Assembly: GCA_038087875.1 (NCBI GenBank)
Contig: CM075991.1
Coordinates: forward strand, 1,922,001 to 1,986,000
Direction of reading: 5' to 3'
Origin: Malacoraja senta
Lineage: Eukaryota
Length of the DNA stretch: 64,000 nt
The position numbers were made by a program, and so were the translations under genes. This document shows positions 37,322-48,294 of the stretch, piece after piece (position 1 is the stretch's first letter; each line of letters starts with the position of its first letter). The notes under the pieces were generated by a model. The model did no database searches and was not told the origin of the DNA. It saw only the letters and a program-made list of their open reading frames with translations.

Positions 37322-37665
37322 CGGCACGGTGGCATGGTGGAGCAGCGGTAGAGTCACTGCCTTACAGCGCTTTCAGCACCGGAGACCCGGGTTCGATCCC
37401 GACTACGGGTACTGTCTGTACGGAGTTTGTACGTTCTCCCTGTGACCTGCGTGGGTTTTCCCTGAGATCTTCAGTTTCCTCCCACACTCCTAAGACGTAC
37501 AGGTTTGTAGGTTAATTGGCTTGGTGTAATTGTAAATCATCCCTAGTGTGTGTAGGATAGCGTTAATGAGCGGGCATCGCTGGTCGCTGGTCGGTGTGGA
37601 CTCAAATGGACCGAAGGGCCTGTTTCCGCGCTGTATCCCTAAACTAAACTAAATTAAACTAAACT
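37322..37665 (+). mobile_element. tRNA-derived SINE, near full length (others at 38051-38118, 38412-38708, 34872-35080)
   Basis: A/B boxes (GGTTCGATCCC), central body, (CTAAA)n tail. Confidence 0.82.
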
Positions 37666-40344
37666 ACAGGCCTGGTTTCAATAACAGATTCCTATCTAAG
37701 CTCATCTCCGAACTTGCGGAACTCTGCAACTGGATCCTCGACTTCCTGACCAACAGACCCCAGTGAATGAGGAGAGCAGACAAATCATCCTCTACGATAA
37801 CCCTCAACTGGTGCCATGCAACTGATCCCAGCCTGGCAGACACTGTTGAAAGGTCCCGACCCAAAGCATCACACTCACCCGTTCCCTCAACGCATGCTTC
37901 CTGACCCGCTGAGTTCCTCCTGCACTTTGTATTTGTCTCAGGATTTTAGCATCTGCAGCTCCTGTTGTTTTCTGGTTCCTCAAGTATCACCCACAGTACC
38001 ACCATGCTGACATGGAGTGGCTCCTTATCCAGCTCGATGCCCACAGGTTAGGGACGGCACGGTGGTGCAGCGGTAGAGTTGGTGCCTCACAGCGCCAGAG
38101 ACCCGGGTTCCATCCTGAATGTGATTATACAGTGGAAAATTGTCCTTGATAGTTTGTAGCTAACATCCCAAATAGCAGTGCAGTACTCCCCTGCTGAAAC
38201 TCAGCTCTGCTGAATGAATTTGAGCTGGATTTCAGAAGGGAAGAACTTAACATGCCCATATCCTGTGTTTGAAGATGAGACATCTTGGTGATCTGTTTAA
38301 TCCTGAAATAAGCATCCAGCTACAGACCTGCCCGACACTAGGATCACCCCCTACCACGGCTCCACCTCAAATCTGCCCCTTCGCCAGAATAAAAAAGGAC
38401 ATGCATGGCAATGGTGGCGCAGCGGTAGAGCTGCTACCCTCGGTAGAGTAGAGTGGTAGAGCAGAGACCCTCGATCCTGACTGTGGGGGCTGTCTGTACG
38501 GAGTTTGCATGTTCTCCCTGTGGCCGCGTGAGTTTACTCCAGGCGCTGCGGTCTCCTCCCACATTCCAAAGACGTGCGGGTTCGTGGGTCAATCGGCTTC
38601 TGTAGATTGTCCCCGGTGTGTGGGATAGAATTAGTGTGAGTGGGTGATCGCTGGTCGGCAAGGACTCGGTGTTCAGAAGGGCCTGTTTCCTCGCTGTATC
38701 TCTAAACAAATGAAAAGATGGTTTACATCAGTCTATTTGCAAATGACTCCATGTGGCTGGCCAAACACCTATTAATGCAGGCTGAAACTCTTTGATATTA
38801 GTACTTCAAAGTGAGATAAGTGATTTGTGTGTGGGAAGGGCTTACTTGCTCCTCTTCGTACCAAGAAGATCACTCCAGAGTCAAGAGTGATTTATTGAAC
38901 AAAAACGGAATAATTAAATTTTTACTTGCAGCAGCACAACATGTCAATAGGTCAATAGGTAACACAATTACAAAATATATTTTACGTTTCAATTAATAAA
39001 AATAAATAAACAGCACAAAACAAATAGCCCGAAGTCTAGAAAGTAGAAACAAGGACCTGCGGACACTGGTTCTACACAAAAGGATACAAAGTGCTGGAGT
39101 TACTCAGAAGGTCAGGCAGCATCTCTGGAGAAGATAGACACAAAATGCCGGAGTAACTCAGCGGAACAGGCAGCATCTCTGGATAAAAGGAATGGGTGAT
39201 GTTTCGGGTCTGGACCCTTCTTCAGACTGAGATACAGGGGCGAGTGGGGCACAGAGATAAGGAAGGGTAAGGTGTGAAAATGAGACATCAAGGAAAACGT
39301 AGAATAGTTCATTGTCAGCTCGGAGAAGGTGGCAACAAAGCAAAGAGAGGTACAACTCTGGAGACCACGGAGGGGCGACATTTCAGGTTGGGAACCTTCT
39401 TCAGACTGATTGTTTGGGGGGGGGGGTTGGAGGAAAGGTGGGAGAGGAGAGCCGGATACAGGCGAGGGGGGGGGGGGAGTTGATAGGCCAATGGTTGGAA
39501 CAACGGCCAGAGATTAAAACAGAAGCCTTAAGTCCCAAGTACAACTAAGGTAGTTCGCAGTTCACAGTTCAGTTGGAGTTCGTAGGGTTCAATCGCCTGT
39601 GGGTTGTTGGATGGAAGTTGCCCCTGAAACATCAGGCTATTAAACACTCCAACCGCCTAATAGGCTCTGAACGAGAGACTTAGAGGCATTGATTTTGCAC
39701 TATTGTCTATTTATTTGTCTGTTTGATATATATATATATATATATATACGGAATATATAGCCTGATGGTTATATATATATATAAATGGACAAATAAATAG
39801 ACAATAATAGAGCAAAAACAATGTCCCCAAGTCTCTGTAGTTCAGGTTCTATTTGGAGGTTGTAGTGTTTAATAGCCTGATGGGTGAAGCTGCTCCTGAA
39901 CTTGGATGTTACAGTTCTCAGGCTCCTGTACCTTTTTCACGAAGGCAGGGGTGATATGAGAGTGTGGCCAGGGTGGTGTGGGTCTCTGATAATGCTGGCT
40001 GCCTCTCTGAGGCAGCGACACCTGTAGATCCCTTCGATTGTGGGGAGGTCAGAGCCGGTGAGAGACATCACGTACGATTCCACAGCAGGCATGATTCTCA
40101 CTTCTCCCTGCCTGTGGCTTGGTTCACTAATTTCCCCACCACACCTCTGGAGTGAGAGCAGGAAGTAATTGCGTCAGGAGCTGCGTCAGCTCAGCTTTTT
40201 CCTCTTCACTGCACCACTGTAAATCAGTAAGGGCCTACGGTCTTTTATTACACGGACGACCCCATGAAATCGCTTGCAAACTGATGTTCCGGTGAGCACA
40301 AGCCGAGATTACTGAGCAGCAAGAGGCACGGCGGAGGATTTACA

Positions 40345-40922
40345 CAAAGATAGACACATAATGCTGGAGTAACTCAGCGGGACGGGCAGCATCTCTGGAG
40401 AGAAGGAATGGGTGACGTTTCGGGTCATGACCCTTCTTCAGACTGAGAGTCAGGGGAGAGAGAGACACATACAGTAGATAAGGAAGTGTGAGATTTTGAA
40501 AACAGGACAAAGGAAATGAAGAATAGATCATTGTTAGCTGGGAGAAGGTAACAACAAAGCAAACAGTGTAGTCGGAGACTGTGAGACTGGTCGGAGAACT
40601 GGGAAGTGGGAAGGGGATGGAGAGAGAGGGAAAGCAAGAGTTACTTGATGTTAGAGAAGTCAATGTTCATACCGCTGGGGTGTAAACTGCCCAAGTGGAA
40701 TATGAGGTGGTGTTCCTCCAATTATGTGCTGGGCCTCACTCTGACAATGGAGGAGGCCCAGGACAGAAAAGTCAGTGTGGGAATGGGAGGGGGAGTTAAA
40801 GTGTTTGGCAACCAGGAGATCAGGTAGGTTTAGGCGGACTGAGTGGAGGTGTTCAACGAAGTGATCGGCGAGCCTGCGCTAGGTCTTGCCAATATACAGT
40901 CCACACCTGGAACAGCGGATAC
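40345..40922 (-). mobile_element. Penelope-like 3' end: GIY-YIG fragment plus terminal repeat (also 44222-44799)
   Basis: IRCSRCG..YIGKT...EHL...KHFNS...LGSLHPSGMNIDFSN*, followed by a repeat carrying the hammerhead core. Confidence 0.85.
40414..40441 (-). ncRNA. Minimal type-I hammerhead motif (Penelope type); identical at 44291-44318
   Basis: CTGAAGA-A-GGGTCATGACCC-GAAACGTC. Confidence 0.7.
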
Positions 40923-41002
40923 AGAAGATTTATACAGCTTTGCTAAAAGGAAAATCTCTTTCGTCTCCAATGAGTCTTACAGGTATCTACAGATGCACCA
41001 CA

Positions 41003-42325
41003 AAAACATAGAAATATAGAAACATAGAAAAATAGGTGCAGGAGTAGGCCATTCGGCCCTTCAAGCCAGCACCGCCATTCAATAGGATTATGGCTGATCA
41101 CTTAAAATCAGTACCCCATTCCAGCTTTTTCCCCATATCCCTTGATTCCGTTAGCCCTAAGAGCCAAATCTAACTCTCTCTTGAAAATATACAGTAAATT
41201 GGCCTCCACTGCCTTCTGTGGCAGAGAATTCTACTGATTCACAACTCTCTGGGTGAAAAGGTGCTTCCTCATCTCAGTCCTAAATGGCCTACCCCTTATT
41301 CTGTTACTGTGACCCCTGGTTCTGGTCTCCTCCAACATGGGGAACATTTTTCCTGCATCTAGCCTGTCCGATCCTTTAAGAATTTTATACGTTTCTATAA
41401 GATTCCCTCTCATCCTTCAAAACTCCAGTGAACACAAGCCCAGCTGACCCATTCTATCATCAAAACCACCTATCTGGGAGCATCACAGCTTGGGACGCTC
41501 AAATGCTCGGCTCAAGACAGAGCGTTGAGGACTCACCCAAGTTCTCTTCTTCCGTGTCAATAGACAATAGACAATAGACAATAGATAATAGGTGCAGGAG
41601 TTGGCCATTCAGCCCTTCGAGCCAGCAGCCATTCAATGTGATCATGGCTGATCATCCCCATTCCTGCCTTCTCCCCATATCCCCTGACTCCGCTATTTTA
41701 AGAGCCCTATCTAGCTCTCTCTTGAAAGTATGCAGAGAACCTGCCTCCACCGCCCTCTGAGGCAGAGAATTCCACAGACTCACAACTCTCTGTGAGAAAA
41801 AGTGTTTCCTTGTCTCTGTTCTAAATAGCTTACTCCTTATTCTTAAACTGTGGCCCCTGGTTCTGGACTCCACCAACATCGGGAACATGTTTCCTGCCTC
41901 TAGCTTGTCCAAGCCCCTTAACAATCTTATATGTTTCAATGAGATGCCCTCTCATCCTTCTAAGCTCCAGAGTGTACAAGCCCAGCTGCTCCATTCTCTC
42001 AGAATATGACAGTCCCGCCATCCCGGGAATTAACCTTGTAAACCATCGCTGCACTCCCTAAATAGCAAGAATGTCCTTCCTCAAATAAGGGGACCAAAAC
42101 TGCACACAATACTCCAGGTGTGGTCTCACTAGGGCTTTGTACAACTGCAGAAGGACCTCTTTGCTCCTATATTCGATTCCTCTTGTTATAAAGGCCAACA
42201 TGCCATTCGCTTTCTTCACTGCCTGCTGTACCTGCATGCTTACTTTCGTAGACCGATGTACAAGGACCCCCAGATCCAGTTGTACTTCCCCTTTTCCCAA
42301 CTTGATGCCATTTAGATAGTATATC
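41003..42325 (-). mobile_element. Two tandem CR1 3' fragments (41003-41462 and 41557-42325)
   Basis: CR1 ORF2 C-termini with (TTTCTATG)n and (CTATTGT)n tails. Confidence 0.88.
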
Positions 42326-42765
42326 TTCCATGTTTCCATGAAACATCTTCCATGTTTCCAATGTTGACATCGCTGTCATCGTCCGTCCTGAAAAGGACGC
42401 AAGCCTCCGTCGACAATCAGTGGGAGCCTTCTTGCAATAGATGATGGTGGTAGCAGAATTAGCTCGGGATACTTCCAGTTTCCAGCCCCGCGACATGGAT
42501 GCTTCTGCTATGGGGCCACTCACCCCAGTCCATCACACAAACCAGCCTCCTCGTCCCATCGATTCAAGAGTCAAGGGTCAAGACTATATTATTGTCATTT
42601 GCCTGCCACAAAGTGACAATAATAGTGGCAAAGACAAGGCCAATGCCCCCAGATTTATGCAGTTCAAAGCTTATTTGGAGGTTGCAGTGTTTAATAGCAG
42701 CTTTTAATTACAGTGATTAACGAATAGCTTCTTCCCCGCTGTTATATAACACTTTTACATGGACC

Positions 42766-42965
42766 NNNNNNNNNNNNNNNNNNNNNNNNNNNNNNNNNNN
42801 NNNNNNNNNNNNNNNNNNNNNNNNNNNNNNNNNNNNNNNNNNNNNNNNNNNNNNNNNNNNNNNNNNNNNNNNNNNNNNNNNNNNNNNNNNNNNNNNNNNN
42901 NNNNNNNNNNNNNNNNNNNNNNNNNNNNNNNNNNNNNNNNNNNNNNNNNNNNNNNNNNNNNNNNN
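42766..42965. other. Assembly gap, 200 N
   Basis: Run of N. Confidence 1.
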
Positions 42966-45900
42966 AAGTGCTGGAGTTACTCAGAAGGTCAGGCAGCATC
43001 TCTGGAGAAGATAGACACAAAATGCCGGAGTAACTCAGCGGAACAGGCAGCATCTCTGGATAAAAGGAATGGGTGATGTTTCGGGTCTGGACCCTTCTTC
43101 AGACTGAGATACAGGGGCGAGTGGGGCACAGAGATAAGGAAGGGTAAGGTGTGAAAATGAGACATCAAGGAAAACGTAGAATAGTTCATTGTCAGCTCGG
43201 AGAAGGTGGCAACAAAGCAAAGAGAGGTACAACTCTGGAGACCACGGAGGGGCGACATTTCAGGTTGGGAACCTTCTTCAGACTGATTGTTTGGGGGGGG
43301 GGGTTGGAGGAAAGGTGGGAGAGGAGAGCCGGATACAGGCGAGGGGGGGGGGGGAGTTGATAGGCCAATGGTTGGAACAACGGCCAGAGATTAAAACAGA
43401 AGCCTTAAGTCCCAAGTACAACTAAGGTAGTTCGCAGTTCACAGTTCAGTTGGAGTTCGTAGGGTTCAATCGCCTGTGGGTTGTTGGATGGAAGTTGCCC
43501 CTGAAACATCAGGCTATTAAACACTCCAACCGCCTAATAGGCTCTGAACGAGAGACTTAGAGGCATTGATTTTGCACTATTGTCTATTTATTTGTCTGTT
43601 TGATATATATATATATATATATATACGGAATATATAGCCTGATGGTTATATATATATATAAATGGACAAATAAATAGACAATAATAGAGCAAAAACAATG
43701 TCCCCAAGTCTCTGTAGTTCAGGTTCTATTTGGAGGTTGTAGTGTTTAATAGCCTGATGGGTGAAGCTGCTCCTGAACTTGGATGTTACAGTTCTCAGGC
43801 TCCTGTACCTTTTTCACGAAGGCAGGGGTGATATGAGAGTGTGGCCAGGGTGGTGTGGGTCTCTGATAATGCTGGCTGCCTCTCTGAGACAGCGACACCT
43901 GTAGATCCCTTCGATTGTGGGGAGGTCAGAGCCGGTGAGAGACATCACGTACGATTCCACAGCAGGCATGATTCTCACTTCTCCCTGCCTGTGGCTTGGT
44001 TCACTAATTTCCCCACCACACCCCTGGAGTGAGAGCAGGAAGTAATTGCGTCAGGAGCTGCATCAGCTCAGCTTTTTCCTCTTCACTGCACCACTGTAAA
44101 TCAGTAAGGGCCTACGGTCTTTTATTACACGGACGACCCCATGAAATCGCTTGCAAACTGATGTTCCGGCGAGCACAAGCCGAGATTACTGAGCAGCAAG
44201 AGGCATGGCGGAGGATTTACACAAAGATAGACACATAATGCTGGAGTAACTCAGTGGGACGGGCAGCATCTCTGGAGAGAAGGAATGGGTGACGTTTCGG
44301 GTCATGACCCTTCTTCAGACTGACAGTCAGGGGAGAGAGAGACACATACAGTAGATAAGGAAGTGTGAGATTTTGAAAACAGGACAAAGAAAATGAAGAA
44401 TAGATCATTGTTAGCTGGGAGAAGGTAACAACAAAGCAAACAGTGTAGTCGGAGACTGTGAGACTGGTCGGAGAACTGGGAAGTGGGAAGGGGATGGAGA
44501 GAGAGGGAAAGCAAGAGTTACTTGATGTTAGAGAAGTCAATGTTCATACCGCTGGGGTGTAAACTGCCCAAGTGGAATATGAGGTGGTGTTCCTCCAATT
44601 ATGTGCTGGGCCTCACTCTGACAATGGAGGAGGCCCAGGACAGAAAGGTCAGTGTGGGAATGGGAGGGGGAGTTAAAGTGTTTGGCAACCAGGAGATCAG
44701 GTAGGTTTAGGTGGACTGAGCGAAGGTGTTCAGCGAAGTGATCGGCGAGCCTGCGCTAGGTCTTGCCGATATACAGTCCACACCTGGAACAGCGGATACA
44801 GAAGATTTATACAGCTTTGCTAAAAGGAAAATCTCTTTCGTCTCCAATGAGTCTTACATGTATCTACAGATGCACCACAAAAACGTAGAAATATAGAAAC
44901 ATAGAAAAATAGGTGCAGGAGTAGGCCATTCGGCCCTTCAAGCCAGCACCGCCATTCAATAGGATTATGGCTGATCACTTAAAATCAGTACCCTATTCCA
45001 GCTTTTTCCCCATATCCCTTGATTCCGTTAGCCCTAAGAGCCAAATCTAACTCTCTCTTGAAAATATACAGTAAATTGGCCTCCACTGCCTTCTGTGGCA
45101 GAGATTTCCACTGATTCACAACTCTCTGGGTGAAAAGGATTTTCCTCATCTCCGTCCTAAATGGCCTACCCCTTATTCTGTTACTGTGACCCCTGGTTCT
45201 GGACTCCACCAACATCGGGAACATGTTTCCTGCCTCTAGCGTGTCCAAGCCCTTAACAATCTTATATGTTTCAATGAGATTCCCTCTCATCCTTCCAAGC
45301 TCCAGAGTGTACAAGCCCAGCTGCTCCATTCTCTCATAATATGACAGTCCCGCCATCCCAGGAATTAACCTTGTAAACCATCGCTGCACTCCCTAAATAG
45401 CAAGAATGTCCTTCCTCAAATAAGGGTATCAAAACTGCACACAATATTCCAGGTGTGGTCTCACTAGGGCTCTGTACAACTACAGAAGGACCTCTTTGCT
45501 CCTATATTCGATTCCTCTTGTTATAAAGGCCAACATGCCATTCACTTTCTTCACTGCCTGCTGTACCTGCATGCTTACTTTCGTAGACCGATGTACAAGG
45601 ACCCCCAGATCCCGTTGTACTTCCCCTTTTCCCAACTTGATGCCATTTAGATAGTATATCTTCCATGTTTCCATGAAACATCTTCCATGTTTCCAATGTT
45701 GACATCGCTGTCATCGTCCATCCTGAAAAGGACGCAAGCCTCCGTCGACAATAAGTGGGAGCCTTCTTGCAATAGATGATGGTGGTAGCAGAATTAGCTC
45801 GGGATACTTCCAGTTTCCAGCCCCGCGACATGGATGCTTCTGCTATGGGGCCACTCACCCCAGTCCATCACACAAACAGCCTCCTCCCCCCATCGATTCA

Positions 45901-46099
45901 AGAGTCAAGGGTCAAGACTATATTATTGTCATTTGCCTGCCAAAAAAAGACAATAATAGTGGCAAAGACAAGGCCAATGCCCCCAGATTTATGCAGTTCA
46001 AAGCCTATTTGGAGGTTGCAGTGTTTAATAGCAGCTTTTAATTACAGTGATTAACAAATAGCTTCTTCCCCGCTGTTATATAACACTTTTACATGGACC
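42966..46099 (+). repeat. Tandem duplication copy 2
   Basis: Matches 39089-42765 but is ~540 bp shorter. Confidence 0.95.
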
Positions 46100-48294
46100 T
46101 CACTTATGCTAGGGCTGAATTCCTGATCTTACAACCTACTTTGTTGCGCCCATGCACTTTTTTTCTCTCTGTATTTTCTCTATAGCTGTAACACGATATG
46201 TTGTACAGTTTATTTTCACTTTTTGCACTACCTCGAGGGCATAGGCTTCAGGTGAAACCCATGCAGGTCACTGGGAGAACGTACAAACTCCATACAGACA
46301 GCACCCGTAGTCAGGATCAAACCCGGGTGTCTGGTGCTCAGTGATGGAAATGGTGGGGTACGCAGGGGTACGGCATTCCCCGAGTTTTCAATTTCCAGCT
46401 CGGGTTTAATGAGTACTGCAGAAAGATTCGAGCTGTTTCTCACTTAATTCAACTCAGACGATTTGTTAACTGCCACTTTTAGCACTTGTTAACAGCCAGT
46501 AGTTAACATAGAAACATAGAAACATATAAAATAGGTGCAGGAGTAGGCCATTCGGCCCTTCGAGTCTGCACCGCCATTCAATATGATCATGGCTGATCAT
46601 CCAACTCAGTATCCCGTACCTGCCTTCTCTCCATACCCCCTGATCCCCTTAGCCACAAGGGCCACATCTAACTCCCTCTTAAATATAGCCAATGAACTGG
46701 CCTCAACTAACTTCTGTGGCAGAGAATTCCACAGATTCACCATTCTCTGTGTGAAAAATGTTTTTCTCATCTCGGTCCTAAAAGACTTCCCCGTTATCCT
46801 TAAACTGTGACCCCTTGTTCTGGACTTCCCCAACATCGGGAACAATCTTCCTGCATCTAGCCTGTCCAACCCCTTAAGAATTTTGTAAGTTTCTATAAGA
46901 TCCTCCCTCAATCTTCTAAATTCTAGCGAGTACAAACCGAGTCTATCCAGTCTTTCTTCATATGAAAGTCCTGACATCCCAGGAATCAGTCTGGTGAACC
47001 TTCTCTGTACTCCCTCTATGGCAAGAATGTCTTTACTCAGATTAGGAGACCACAACTGAATGCAATACTCCAGGTGTGGTCTCACCAAGGCCCTGTACAA
47101 CTGCAGTAGAACCTCCCTGCTCCTGTACTCAAATCCTTTTGCTAAGAATGCTAACATACCATTTGCTTTCTTCACTGCGTGCCGCATCTGCATGCCTACT
47201 TTCAATGACTGGTGTACCATGACACCCAGGTCTCGTTGCATCTCCCCTTTTCCTAATCGGCCACCATTCAGATAATAGTCTACTTTCCTGTTCTTGCCAC
47301 CAAAGTGGATAACCTCATATTTTACTTCGGAGTCACATGAGTGACTTCGTGAAGAAGCCCGCCAGCCCGCATTCACGTCAATACGTCTACGCATGGCGCA
47401 ACAACTGGCTGGGGGATGCGTCGCTCCTCCAGCGGTAAGTTTCAAACACTGCAGGTAGGTTTTGGAGCTTATTTTCAGGTTGTATTTTTTGCTTGCATGA
47501 ATCTCTTTTACAGAGTTTCCTGCTGGATACGGAAATCTGGTGCGAAATCCAGACGGGGGGAAACCGGCTACGGAGGACCGTGGGAGTGTGGGTAGCCGGT
47601 GGCCGTCGGGTTCGCTACCCGAGTCGCTGACAGTGCAGTCAGCGACTTCAGACTTCGGCAACCACTAAAGGGTGTACAGCCAAACGGAGTCTGAGAGGCC
47701 TGTACTCGGACAAGTCAGGCCAGGAGGATTCCCCCTTGACAAACATGGGTACATCCTCGGGCGTTTATCCCAGATGGAGCATGGATAGTGTCCTCGGGCG
47801 TTCATCCCACAGAGGATGCTCCATCATGATATGCTCCATAAAACGGTGCCATATCAGCACAGGTCTCTTCGGGGGCCTGCGGCAGCGCTTGTTTCAGGGC
47901 TGCTTACAAATCTCCCTCTCTGTGGAGGGGAGTGCCAGGGGTCAGTGTATGACTGACTCCGAACTCGGAAGTATGTTCGTGGAACATACTGGAATACACG
48001 CGTGAGGTTCAAGAATGATCTGTCATGGCATCAAGGTTTGCGATACCCTCGCAAACAAAGGAGCCACTGCATGAAAAGTTGGCTCGCAGCAAACAACACT
48101 CACATACGTACACATCCACACACAAATGGTACAATAGACGAAACAAAATGTGCTATATAAAAATAAAAATAGAAAAAATAAAAAATAAAAAAATATATAT
48201 ATATATATACATATATATCTAAATAAACAATAGTAGGGAGGGGGGGATTAAGGGGAAAGCAGCTGCTGTAGAACAAAACGATGATGGAGAACAC

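Larger units (their letters stand above)
39089..42765 (+). repeat. Tandem duplication copy 1 (matches 42966-46099)
   Basis: Collinear and near-identical; separated from copy 2 by the N gap. Confidence 0.95.

Noticed and set aside
37322..37410. tRNA gene
   Set aside because: A tRNA-derived SINE head continuing into a SINE body and tail; many decayed copies in the window.
46606..47661. 351-aa minus-strand ORF as a novel fusion gene
   Set aside because: Chance read-through from the antisense DIRS left end into the CR1 ORF2 C-terminus; the junction coincides with the insertion site.
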